Of a stretch of 64,000 nt of DNA, positions 13,617 through 25,384 are shown piece by piece. Where the stretch lies: assembly GCF_000315625.1 (NCBI RefSeq), contig NW_005434667.1, forward strand, positions 673,061 through 737,060. The letters run 5' to 3'. Position 1 is the stretch's first letter; every line of letters begins with the position of its first letter. The notes beneath the pieces are model-generated. The model saw only the letters and a program-made list of their open reading frames with translations. It ran no database searches and had not been told where the DNA came from. The position numbers and the translations under genes were made by a program. The DNA comes from Guillardia theta CCMP2712. Its lineage: Eukaryota > Protista > Cryptophyta.

Positions 13617-15935
13617 TTAGTCTCCCAGCCCCGTCAGATTGCCCAGGATGTCCTTGACGGTCTCGAACAGCCCTCCTCCTCCGGAATCTCCTGCTCTTTC
13701 GGTTCAGTGCGGAACGAGGAGCAGGTACATCCCTCCTCACCTCCTTGATCCCCCTTCCACACCTCTGCGTCCTCCCCCCACACCTCCTCTCCTGCACGTC
13801 ATTCAGTCACGCACAGAGCTCGGACCCTCCCAAGAACCTTCTGGAACTCCCTGGTTGCCTCCTCCTTCACCAACACCACCGCCGAAGAAGCCGCCGGCCC
13901 CATCACCACCTCCCGATGTCGCGCCGCCCTGACTCGCTTCTGCTTCCTGAAGTCACGCAAGAGGAGGAGGAGGCAGAGGAGGAGGAGGGGAGGGGGATGG
14001 GGTGAGGAGGAGGAGGAGGAGGAGGTGAAGGAGGAGGAGGAGGAGGAGCTGCTGCAGGAAGCCATGGACTTGCTTGAGATCGACCCGAGGAGGAGGAGGA
14101 AACGGAGGGAGGCAACGACCTGCTGCACTCCCAGCTGCACCTGCCGCTGCGCCACCAGCCGCTCCTCCAGCCGCTTCTGCACCGTCTGCTCCTCCTCCTC
14201 CTCCGATGGGGATGAAGAAGGGGAAAGGGACGCCTCCTCCGCTGTGCCGGCTGAAGTAGTCGAAGTCGATGGAGACGGCGCATGCTAGGACCGTTGCCTT
14301 CTCCTCCACCTTGTCGCTCCCGTCAGTCTCTCCCTTGACGGAAACAAAGCCCTACCGTGAGCGCCCTTCCTATCACCGGGCGGGCAAGCAGGTCTCCTGG
14401 GCTCTGGGCTACCATAGGAGGACTCCACTGGGTTGTTCTCGTGTTGTGATCGACGTAGTACGTGCGACCCTGATTGCTGTCAGAACCAGCAGCAGCAAAC
14501 AATAACAGATTGCCGCTTCCTACTGATACTCCCCATCGCCCTCCTTCTCCTCCTCACTTTTGTCCTCCTCCCTCTTCCTTCTCCTTCCCTCTCCCCTTCT
14601 CTGCCTTCCCTTTGTCGTTTCCTCCATAGCGGGTAACCCAGCAGGAGGCTCACCTGAGGGTCTTGCTTCTCTTCCCATCCTGGAGGAAGCTGCGCTCGTT
14701 CTGATGTAGTGGACGGGTTCTTTGCTGTGGACTGGTACGTCATGCGAGCCCCTGCATGGCAGACCCATCAGCAACATCGCAGAGAGGAGGGGAGAAGAAT
14801 GGTCTGCTAAGCAGAAAGAAGCAGAGGGTTTGTGCAATGAGGATGGGGTTGGGGGGGGGCGGGTGCTGCAGAAAGGAATAGGAGAAGAAGGAGGAGAAGG
14901 AGATTACCAAAGTCATACAGCGGGCTAGCAGGGTCTAGATGAACGATGTACGTATGAGCATCGGTGAAGAGCGTCTGAACGATCGTGCTCAGTCCTGCAA
15001 AGTTCTTGTCGACGGCAGCGAGCGCCCTCCCCTCCTCGTCCTGCAGTATGAGAGCCAGGGAAGTCAGCGAGCATGTCGGGGGAGGGAGTATCTGACCTCC
15101 AGGGTGAACTCCCAGGAGAGGAGGGGAGCGTCGATCATGGCGAACTGAGCCTGGTTGCTGTAAAGGTTGTACTTGCGTCGCCACAGGTGCCAGTTCATGT
15201 GGACCTCCCCGATCTCGTTGAACTGCGCATCCTGGACTCGCAAGGAGCTGGAGACCCAGTAGAAGGGCCTGTTGATCCTGATCAAGATGTTACCGTGCGG
15301 GTCCATGATGGTGGCGGTGAAGGGACGGTGAGTTCGAGCAAGCTGCCGCACGACTGTCTTCCCCAGCGATGACTCCTGCATCGCAATGGTATCAGACGCC
15401 TCCTGCTCCTCCTGCTGCTGCTCCTGCCAACCTCTGCCATGTATCCGACGATTTGGCCCAGCCTGTTGTAGAGGGTGTAATGATTGGCCTGTTCGAAGCC
15501 AACAAGGATCGTCCCGAGCTCAAGCCTCCGCTGCACGGCAAGGTAGGGCTCACTGAGCAGCGACTCCAAGCATGCTCGAATCTACACGCGCTGGTGAGAC
15601 TCCTACCTCACAAGGGAAGAGACACGGGGAGGGTCAACCTGAGGTGGCGGAAGGTTGTTGAGAGGTACGATCTGCCCCGGAGCTGTCGCAGGAGGAGTAT
15701 TGTACGCCTGCTGCTGCTGGTATGCATCGGGGGAAGGAGTCTGGTGGGGAAGAGGAGGGGCATTGCTGTTCTTCGGTGCCGACAAACGATCCCAGTTCAC
15801 CCCAGACAACGCCCTGGAAGCGTTGTGTTGGAGGACCCGAGAAGGGAGCAGTACGGAAGAACGCTGAAGAGGACCTGCTCGAGAGCAAGCCTTCGCTGCT
15901 GTCTGCAACATCCGACAGGTCGCTGCCAACCGCAT
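13617..15935 (-). CDS. Phospholipid scramblase family protein (AIM25-like) with inserted WW domain
   Basis: Arg/Ser-rich mitochondrial-type N-terminus; VQRRLELGTILVGFEQANHY, RQLARTHRPF, GEVHMNWHLWRRKYNLY, IDAPLLSWEF, LFTDAHTY, AVSIDFDYFSRHS; WW domain [30 protein letters not shown]. Confidence 0.85.
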
Positions 15936-16455
15936 TGCTAGAACGAGAGGAACCGTGTGGCAAAGTGCAGTCTGATTTCTGTTTCTGCGCAGCAACCTCA
16001 AGCCTTGAACCTTCTATCGTCTCCTGTCCTCTCCTATCACCTCCTCTCCTGTCCCGTCGTCTCCTCTCCTCTCCTCTCCTCTCCTCTCCTCTCCTCTCCT
16101 CTCCTCTCCTCTCCTCTCTTCTCCTCCCCGCTTCCTGTCCTCGCTCCTCCAAGAGGGTTTGGTTTCGTCACCTTTCAATGAATTCTTTTGAGTTTCTTTT
16201 GGGTCATAGTGGGGATGTGGTCTAGGATTGAAGCGGGATGACGACGCAGGGGGCGCAGGAAGGGTCGGGCATGGCACAGGAGGGAGAGGGGCAGGGAGGG
16301 AGAAGGGAAGGAGGAGAGTGAGGACGAGGACGAGGAAGAGGACGAGGATGGGGAGGAGGAAGAGGAAGAGAAAGAGGACGAGGATGGGGAGGAGCAGGAA
16401 GAGAAGGACAAGTGCGAGGACAATAGCGAGAAGAGGATACATAGAGATTCCAACC

Positions 16456-18771
16456 ATGATGCAGTAAGAGAGCTGTCTCGTCCTCATAGGTTTCGATCAA
16501 CACAACATCTCCTTCCTCTCTGTGTGTCTAGCTGTGGCTCGCGACTGATGACGTTGCACTCTTTCTGCCAGATGATCGGATAAAGCCCGAGATTATCTCT
16601 TTTGCAATCTTGCCATGGTGAAGGAAGACCTGTCGGGAGGGATCACCCGAGTCAAGCAGCTGTTGAGGAGCGTCTCCAAGAGCTTTCCTGTCTTCAAGAC
16701 CTCCAAGAAAGATGTCAAGAGGACAGACATGCCGAGCGACGTCCAGGGGATGCTGCTCAAGTACCAGAGGAACAAGGAGACCCTGCAGGTCCTGGCGGAC
16801 AACCGGGTAGAGTTCAACAAGGCGGCAGACTCGATCACCAAGGTAGATGAAGCTGTTGTTGACTCGGTCAGGAAGCTAGGGGACAATGGCAGAGAACAGT
16901 TTGTGCAGTCGGCCGAAGATATCGTCGTGCTCTACAACGCCATCACAAGCATCCGCAGCAGGTCAAACGACAGCCTGCTGGACTTTCTGCTGGACGTCGG
17001 AAGGATGGATAGGAAGACCGTATCCCATCTGTCGTCAGAGATCTTGAAGCTCGAGAACGCCAGGGACGCCCTCGACAAGACGATCGCAAAGCAGGAGCAG
17101 TCCAAGGAGAGGGGGGGCTCCGCGGGGGAGAGTGCGGAGAAGTTTGAGAGGAGGCAGCAGAAGATCAAGGCGAGGAAGGCGGCGTACGAGGAGCAGATCA
17201 AGGCTCTCAGGAGTCAGTTGCCGACCGCGGAGCTGAAGCTGGAGTCGAACTTCCTGTCGTCGTTCCTCGCAGTTCTCAAGGAGCATCGGGAGATCTTTGC
17301 TGATGTCCTGCTTCTCCTCCAGAACCTCGACGGCGCCATTGAGAACTTGGAGAGGGTCTGCGAGGAGTCGGCCAGTGCGCTGAACGCAACCATGTCGGAG
17401 CAGGACAAGAGGATGGATTCGGAGGTACTGCAACGGTGCCGGCCCAAGATCATCGAGATTCTCTCGATGCCCGACTTCGCCGTCTCCAGCGCCCTCCTCG
17501 ATGTCCACTTCACCACGAGCTCGGAGCCGGACCTGGTCGCTGTTGCGTGTCCCCTCCTCCGGATCCTGGACGATCTCGACCTCTGCGTGCCCTTCATCAA
17601 GTTCATGATCAGCAACGAGCTGCCCAAGGGCTCGTCGGAGACGACGCTGTTCCAAGTGCCCTCCGTCGCCGGCAGCCTGTGCGATGCCGCGTGCCAGATG
17701 GTGGCTGAGGAGTACCTGCACATGACTCTACACCCTCTGATCGAACAGATCTGCAGCGGGGAGGCGGACTTCGAGGTCGACATGCAGCACATTACGGCAG
17801 ACGAATCGTATGAAGTCAACCTGGACAACCTAACCAAGGCGATCCAGTGGTTCTTCGATACGGTCATCATCTCCATCAGCGACGTCCCGCCACTGCTCCG
17901 GACGATCTCCACTCACATCTACAACATCCTCGGAGCGAGAAGAAGGTCTGAGGCGCAGAGGGCCGTCGGCTACTTCTTCCTGGGTAACTACATCTGCCCT
18001 GCCATCAGAGATCCCCTCCGCTTCTCCCTGACTACCCGGCACGTCGATGAGAGGTCGGCAAGGGCTCTCGCCGTCATAGGGTCGGCAATGCAGTTTGCTT
18101 TCTTCGGGGAGGGCGAGCTGAGCTTCCCTCCAACTGTGAAGGAGCTGTCGTTGCAGTACCACGATCGCCTCGTGGAGGTCGTCGACAACCTGGGAACAGT
18201 GAGCCCCTCTGCATCGGAGAGCAGCCTGGCAGAGGTCGAGATGGCTGTAGAGGAGGAGGAGGATATCCTCTCCCTCCGCTCCTTCATCGTTTCAAACCAT
18301 CGGGCCATCGCGACCGCGCTGGCTCAGAAGGGCTTCTCACAGCATCTGTCTGACCTTGCTCTGTGCGTTGACGGGGTCGCCCTGACGGAGGTGGAGCATG
18401 AGAAACGCCTGAAGCCAGGGAGCAACCAGCCTGAGGAGGAGGAGGAGGAGGAGGAGCCCAGTTCTTCCCTGTGGGAGGCTCCAACTGAGCAAGCCGAAAC
18501 TCCGCAAGTCGTCAAGGCAGTCCGCACCGACTACTTCGTTGACGACGCTGACTGCATGCCCGAGAGTGCGCCGGTGAGAATCGATGCAGCTCCAGAGTCT
18601 TCCTCCGTCATCTTCGAGCTCAAGAGGGTCGATGAGAACCCGCGGACTCCCCTCCAGCCAACTCCCAGTAATGGAGCAGAGCCGGCTGAGCCCCAGCCGC
18701 TCATCAGGCCTCGCAGGAGGTACACGAAGACCAAAGTGATCCCGTCGTCCCCTGCCCCTGAACAAGCAGAG

Positions 18772-18805
<34 letters not shown>

Positions 18806-21229
18806 TGGAGCCGGAAGGGCCTCCGGTGGACTTCAAGGTCCCCACGGTGAAGATTAGCAGGAGCGACATCCGCATGGGAATGTCTCAGAGGATGAAGGAG
18901 AAGGTTGCAGGAGACGAGGGGCCGGCAGAGGAGGAGACGGGGGTGTCGGCCCCCCCGAAGAAGTCTGCGGCATCCTACGGGCGACTGTTCGGCATCGGCG
19001 CCGTCTTCAAGAGGAGCAACGACGGTCACTTCTACGTCAAGAAGGTGATCGCCGGGGGGCCTGCACACAAGGCTGGGATCACGGTGGGGTCGAGGGTCCT
19101 GTCGATCGATGGGGAGAAGCTCTATCACAAGCCTGCCGCCTTCCTGTACAACCTTATCCTAGGGAGCGAGGGCTCCTCCCTCACCCTCCAGGTCCAGTCC
19201 GTCGGGGCTGACGTGGACGCCGCGACCCAGAGAGTGACGGTGAGGCGGGCCTTCATCGACGAGAGCTACGCGGCCGAGAGGGACTCGGCGGAGGCCGAGC
19301 AGGCCGCGGCCTCCCCCACCCATGTCGAGGTGCCCCGGGGGCTGGACCGATCGTTCGACGACACCAGGGAGGAGGTGAAGGTGTTTCAGTCGCCGGGGCG
19401 CAAGGTCGACCAGGGCCCGAGGAGCAGTGGGACCAACCAAGTGGGGATCGGAGCGACGTTCAAGATGGATACCGACGGCTACTTCGTGATCAAGAAGTTG
19501 GCGGAGCATGGAGCGGCCCAAGTCTGCAACAAGATCTCTGTGGGCGACAAAGTCCTCGAGATCGACGGGCACAGCATGTTTCGAGCGACGGCCCTTGACC
19601 TGTCCCGTGCGATCCTCGGGCAGGAAGGGACCTGGTTGACCATCATTCTCCGGTCCAGCGACGGATCGTCCAAGTCAGTCGCGCTCAAGAGGTCGAGAGG
19701 GGAGGAGGATCGGGAGGGCGATCTGAGGCCGAGCATGACGACCGCCTCTCCCACAGCTGGGAAACTAGAGAAGTTGAGGATGGAGGAGACGGGAGACAGC
19801 GTCGGAGTCGGGGCCTCGTTTGCCAGAAACCAGTCTGGGGAGCTCGTAGTGCTTGAGAAGTTCCTACAGGATGTGCCCATGGCCGCTGGTGACCGTGTCC
19901 TGGAAGTTGACGGTAATCCCTCCTGATCCAGTGTTCGCCTCCTCCTCCTCTCGCGTCCGCCTCCCTCCCTACCCTCAACCTTGAGTCTCCTCTGCTCGGA
20001 TCCTCGTCTCTCTCTCACTGTTCTCTACTTCCTCCGCAGCAGCTCTGACATCCCGCCCACCTCCCAACGCTGACTCTCCTGCGCAGGCGTGAAGGTCTCC
20101 GGCAAGTCCTCGGCAGCTCTTGAAGCTCTCATCAGCGGCCCAGAAGGATCGACCATCGAGCTGGTTGTGCTCCCTGCTGTTGATGACCGGGAGTCTGGGC
20201 GACTGCCGTCGGTCAAGAGCATCCGGCTGACGCGCAAGAAGGTTCCCAAGTCGCTCATGCGCGATCACGAGGAGGGGAGCCTGGAGGGGCAGACGTGCGA
20301 GCTGTTCTCGGCAGGAGTAGGGATCTGGTTTCAGCGAGAGGAGGGGTCGGGGGCGCTGAGGATACGCAGAGTCCTCCCTCACGTGCAGACCAGCTGCGAG
20401 GACCAGATCAACATCGGGGACCTGATTCTCTCAGTCGATGGCGTCAACCTGCGCAACAGGTCGAGCCGGGAGGTGGTGGAGATGCTCAACGGGAGCAGAG
20501 GAACGAGCTGCAAACTGAAGCTCCAGAAAGCTGAGCCCAACGGGAAGGTAAAAGGGGCAGGGAGACAAGGAGGAGAAGCTGAGGAGGCTTCTGCAGGTCA
20601 TCGAAGCGAAAGTAGTACGAAGTCAAGAAGGTTTTCTTAAGCTAGAGGAGGTGATGGGCCGGACCGCGGGCATTGGCATCCTGTTCAAACACGATCGAGG
20701 TAGGATAGGTGTCGTGCACTCCACGAGAGGATAGGTTGAGGTTGAGGAGTGAAGGGAAGGTGAAAAGGAGAAAGAGGAGGAGACTGACGAAATTTGTTTC
20801 AACATCAGACGGATACTTTTTCATCAAGCGGATCCTAGAAAACAGCCCAGCACAGAGGACGGGAGGGCTGGAGGTTGGAGATACCGTGCGAGAGATCGAC
20901 GGGGTCTCCTTGTTCCGCAAGTCATACAAGGACCTTGAACAAGTGCGGCAATACTGGGGGAGGAGGAGGAGGAGGAGGAGGAGGAGGAGGAGGAGGAGGA
21001 GCTGACTGGTGGGTCGCAGCTGTTGAATGGCGTTGAAGACTCATCCATCAGGCTGGGCATCTGGGATCACGATAGCAGGCGTTTGCGACATGTGAGGGTG
21101 AGCATTCCTGGCAACTTGTGTATGACGTAACCGCAGGTTGACTTGCCAAGAAACTGGACAGAGGACAGGCTGGGGTCAGAGAGTGAGGAGACGGAAGAGT
21201 TCGGGTCTGCGGATCAGGGAGACGTATAG
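16456..21229 (+). CDS. Coiled-coil (BAR-like) + RasGAP-like domain + five PDZ domains
   Basis: 1103-aa ORF plus downstream exons. RasGAP-like EYLHMTLHPLI, VPPLLRTI, GYFFLGNYICPAIRDP. PDZ starts FGIGAVF, VGIGATF, VGVGASF, AGVGIWF and AGIGILF; most followed by GD/GS-x-VLxIDG. Confidence 0.8.
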
Positions 21230-21324
21230 CTTTTGGGAGAAGCTTGAAGATGTACAGTAAATGTTGACTACGTCGCCCTTGGGAGCAATCCGGTCATCGA
21301 CAAAATTTGTCAACACTGCGCGTG

Positions 21325-21962
21325 CTACGACGACTTCACATTCTCAGCAAGTGGCAAAAAAATTCCTTTGAGCTCTGTGTAAGCCTTCTCGATGTCATCA
21401 TTCACAATCTGCGAAACGACATCAGTCCGTCTGGTCACCCAAACAACACATGGATCACCTGGTGGTCAAACAAGCCTGGCTCGTCCTTTGCTTCCAGCTC
21501 CGACTTAGCATTCGCCAGTCTCTTAAGGATCTTGTCTTCTGTTTCCGTTCCTCTTCCTCTCAGTCTCCTTTCTAGCTCCTCCACACTTGGTGGGACCACG
21601 AAAACGAAGGAAGCGAGGAGCCCAGCCTTCCTGCAAGACCTGCACCCCTGCACATCGATGTCCAGTATGCACACCTTCCCGGCCTTGGCCACGTCCTCGA
21701 CTGCGCTCTTGCTCGTGCCGTACAGGTTCCCGTGCACGTTGGCATGCTCCAGGAACTTGCCCTGAGCTATCTCTTCCTCCATCTGTTCGTGTTCCACGAA
21801 GTGATAGTGGACTCCGTTGACCTCACCAGGACGAGGCTGCCTGGTGGTGTGGCTGACGCTGAAGCTGATGAGGGAGCTGAACTCGCTCTTGAGCTTGTCT
21901 ATCAGCGTTCCTTTCCCCACCCCCGACGGTCCACAGACAACCAGGGCTCGCCGTCCTGCCAT
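21325..21962 (-). CDS. gmk: Guanylate kinase
   Basis: [10 protein letters not shown]-loop, [41 protein letters not shown]; intron, then last exon [14 protein letters not shown]. Confidence 0.95.
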
Positions 21963-22321
21963 GCCGGAGAAGCGACAGGTGAAGGAGAATACTCTCCAGC
22001 AACAGGTGGTGACTACCCCTTTTCTGAAGTAAAAATGAGTGGTGGTATGGGGTCATTTGGCACACCCTACCCCCACCTATATCGGAAGGCACGTGGAACA
22101 TTGTAGGTAAGAACAAAACATTAGACTAAACTCACAGTCAGAACTAAACTCTAAAATAAGTCCCCGCTCTGTTTGTACCAGGGGCTTAATTTAAATTATG
22201 TCAATTCTTTTTTCAGGGGGATGTTATACCCGGTTTAAAATACTTCGGTTTAAAATTCACGGGAACGAACCATTAGCGGAAGCAAGCAAGCACAAGCAAA
22301 TGTAGGAGACAAGAAGAGAAG

Positions 22322-22421
22322 NNNNNNNNNNNNNNNNNNNNNNNNNNNNNNNNNNNNNNNNNNNNNNNNNNNNNNNNNNNNNNNNNNNNNNNNNNNNNNN
22401 NNNNNNNNNNNNNNNNNNNNN
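22322..22421. other. Assembly gap (100 N)
   Basis: Run of n. Confidence 1.
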
Positions 22422-22711
22422 AGGGAGGAGGGGAGGAGGGGAGGAGAGAAGGAAAGAGACATGATCTGGGTTGGAGACCAGAGAGCGAGGAGATACTATA
22501 CTAACCATCGGAAGGAGTCGTGTCAAGAGAAATTGAAACTTGCCATGGCTCAGATCTTTCTCTTTGATTTCTTGATGATCTATTTCGCTGAAAGGTTGCT
22601 GCTTTGCAGGGTAATGAATTGGGATCATTAAGTCAACGATCCGAAAGACAGGAAATTTCACATCAGCTTTGAGTTTACGGTTCCAAACTTCTTGTTTCCT
22701 GCATTATCAAC

Positions 22712-23956
22712 ATGAGCTCAAGAGCAAAGGACAGCAAGGCTGGAAGAAAACCGGATAAAAGAAAGTCGGACAACCCTGGAGCAGGGACCAAGAAAAGAGT
22801 CTTGTCGGCAGATATGGTAAGGACGATCTATGCAGAAAGGAGCACGAAAGCAGGTTACAAATCTTTGGAGAGCGTTGTAGTTGCGAACAGGTACGGAATC
22901 AGCTCCAAGACCGTTCGAGACATTTGGGACCATCGAACTTGGATCGACGTGACAAAACCGCTGTGGAATTGTGATGAGCTCAACCAGATCGTAGCAAGCA
23001 AGCAGACCGAGTCGAAAGACGTGGAGATGAAGAAGGAGAGAGGTCAGAGTGAAGGAAACGGAAGCAGGCAGATGGAGGTCGGTGAGATGATTTCTGGGGG
23101 TGACCCGGGGAGCTCTGCGATGGATTTCCAGGATGACAAGTCGAACAGCATCTCTCCTTTCAACATTTCGGAGGATAGCGACGTCAACAAGTACTTGCGC
23201 GACAGCAGCGAGGAGAAAACAGTCCAGAGCTTCTTGAACCTGGAGTCCGAATCCAACACTGGGAGCTCTGCTTCGATGTACAGCAGCGAGACTAAGGACG
23301 CCAAGGGTAGCAGCGATCGGTACCCTCTGAGGGGCGCAAGGCGTAGAAGCTCGCGAGGGGAGGAGGCACAGAGCACGAGCCCTCCTGAAGGTGACTCGCA
23401 CACGTCTTCGTCAGAGAACCACACAAGGACGAGCCGGTCTACCTCGGGGAGTCGCAGCGATGCTGCTGCGCAGGACAGCACTAGCTGCAAAGCGCAAAGC
23501 GAGGGGAAGCGATCTAGGAGGAAGGGCGAGAAGGGAAGGGAGAGGGAGCACGAGGCCAGGGCAGTGAGGGACGGGTCATCGCCGGAATCTCCTTCGGTCG
23601 CTGGAGGATCGAGTGATGGAGATGCGAGTTCAAACAGTCAGAGCGCAGATTCAATGACAGAGACCAATGTGATGATAGCGTCACAAACCGCTCCTTCATC
23701 TAGCACAGGTGGAGGGCGAAGTGGAGAGGGTGGCGTTGGCGGCGTCACCAGAGGAGGAGCAGGAGGAGGAGGATCAGCTGCAACCGCTGCAGCCACAGGA
23801 GGATCTAGCTCAGGGGCAGAGAACAAGATGAGCGCTTCCAAGTCAGGATCTGTGGGGAAGCGTTCGGACTCAGATGACAGCGCAGGGTGGATCAAGAGCC
23901 TGGATGCCGATGACATCCAGAGCTATATGCTCAACGAGACTAGCAGCGACGATTGA
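22712..23956 (+). CDS. HTH-domain protein 1 (N-terminal YGISSKTVRDIW HTH; Ser/Gly-rich disordered tail)
   Basis: Intronless 414-aa ORF; the N-terminal domain is paralogous to the ORF at 32383. Confidence 0.75.
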   Translation: MSSRAKDSKAGRKPDKRKSDNPGAGTKKRVLSADMVRTIYAERSTKAGYKSLESVVVANRYGISSKTVRDIWDHRTWIDVTKPLWNCDELNQIVASKQTESKDVEMKKERGQSEGNGSRQMEVGEMISGGDPGSSAMDFQDDKSNSISPFNISEDSDVNKYLRDSSEEKTVQSFLNLESESNTGSSASMYSSETKDAKGSSDRYPLRGARRRSSRGEEAQSTSPPEGDSHTSSSENHTRTSRSTSGSRSDAAAQDSTSCKAQSEGKRSRRKGEKGREREHEARAVRDGSSPESPSVAGGSSDGDASSNSQSADSMTETNVMIASQTAPSSSTGGGRSGEGGVGGVTRGGAGGGGSAATAAATGGSSSGAENKMSASKSGSVGKRSDSDDSAGWIKSLDADDIQSYMLNETSSDD

Positions 23957-24105
23957 TGTTGTTGAAAAAACTGTTGATACTCATTGACTAGGTAGCCGAC
24001 TGATGTTATTGAAAAACTGTTCATACTGTGACCGATTGATGTTATTGAAAACTGTTCATACTCACTGTAGATTGAGAACTCAGTTCATACTCACATTAGG
24101 TAGCT
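23950..24105. repeat. Degenerate ~35-45 bp tandem repeat (gattgatgttattgaaaaactgttcatact)
   Basis: Three to four copies immediately after the HTH1 stop. Confidence 0.85.
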
Positions 24106-24502
24106 GAGGGACCCCATCCCCCCAACCCCCTTCGTTTCATTCTCATGGACCCCTGTAATATTCTAGTTTTCTACCCTTCATGGGGGGGTACCCCCCCTTC
24201 CTAAGCGCTCATCACAAGTCGCATATAATGGGAATGAGCACGTGAAAGAGAGGAGAGGAGAGGAGAGGAGAGGAGAGGAGAGGAGAGGAGAGAAGGACGC
24301 TGTTGTTGTACTGTGTGGAGACAAGACTGGAGAACGAGCATGGCGGCGAGAAGGAGAGCTACCCTTTCTCACTGAAGCAGGTTGCACATTTCAGCATTGG
24401 AAAGGAAGTAAAGGGGGGGGAAGAGGGCAAGTGCTGTTGAGGGGAAGCGAGCGGAGGGAGTAGAAGTAGGGGGCTGAAAGGAGGAAGACATCAACTTGAG
24501 AT

Positions 24503-25372
24503 ATGAGTGTCAGACAAGCTGTAAGGATGAGATCTCAGTTGATGCCTCCTCTCGTTCCAACTCTCCTGTCCTTTCTGTTCATTTTAGCGGCTGGCATCCA
24601 GGGCACGGCCCCTCTACCAGCGCTAGCAAGAGGCGCGCTCAGCAGCGCACAGTATCAGATATTCGTCCCATCTCCCCTGAGGCTGCAAGGAGGAAGAAGA
24701 TCCGAGAGCAGGAAGAGGAGGCCTGACGGCGAGAGGAGCGAGTCAGAATCGCGCAGGAGCGTTTCACCGTCTTCGAAGGAGGGAGAGCCGACGCGTTCGC
24801 CGAAGAGGAGCAAGGGGGATCCCAAGGACGGCAGGAAGATTAAGAAGCACATACCCTCTTCAGCCAAGAAGATCCACAACAGCCCTTTGCCCCTGGCCGA
24901 GGAGTCGACGGAGGAGGAGTCATCACAGGAGCAGCGGTCGGAGAGTCCAACCATGTCCCAGAGGACGGTTGAAGACCAGCAGAGCTTGCAAAGGAAGAAG
25001 AAGAAGGGGAATTCAAGCGAGGTATCTTCCTACAAGACCCCGTCGACAAAGAGGAAGAAGGCCTTTCACAAGACTCCCGACTCGGGGAGGTCAGTCCGGT
25101 TCAGCGAGTCACTGACGTCGGTCCACGAGTACCCGAGCAAGAAGCAGAAGTTCTGCACGCAGGAGGAGATCGAGCGAGCGTTCCAGGAGTCGATCGAGGA
25201 AGAGATGCTGTCAGAGCTGGAGGAGGAGCAGAAGCCGAAGGGCAAGGGGAGGGCAGCGCCAATGTGGGAGGAGTCGAGTAGCGAGACTAGAAAGCCCCCG
25301 AAGGATTCAGCGAGCATGATTGACAAGAAGGGGAGGAACAGAGACAAGTCGAAGAGGAAGGGCAAAGACTAG
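24503..25372 (+). CDS. Signal peptide + LRLQGG presequence + Lys/Ser/Glu-rich low-complexity protein
   Basis: Hydrophobic LVPTLLSFLFILAAGIQG, then PLRLQGG, then basic clusters (RKRR, RKKKK, KRKK) and RSVRF. Confidence 0.7.
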   Translation: MSVRQAVRMRSQLMPPLVPTLLSFLFILAAGIQGTAPLPALARGALSSAQYQIFVPSPLRLQGGRRSESRKRRPDGERSESESRRSVSPSSKEGEPTRSPKRSKGDPKDGRKIKKHIPSSAKKIHNSPLPLAEESTEEESSQEQRSESPTMSQRTVEDQQSLQRKKKKGNSSEVSSYKTPSTKRKKAFHKTPDSGRSVRFSESLTSVHEYPSKKQKFCTQEEIERAFQESIEEEMLSELEEEQKPKGKGRAAPMWEESSSETRKPPKDSASMIDKKGRNRDKSKRKGKD

Positions 25373-25384
25373 TAAATCTCAAGG

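Noticed and set aside
17035-19128. Long antisense ORFs over RasGAP, PDE12, formin and giant genes
   Set aside because: Shadow ORFs expected from GC-rich codon usage; no recognisable motifs
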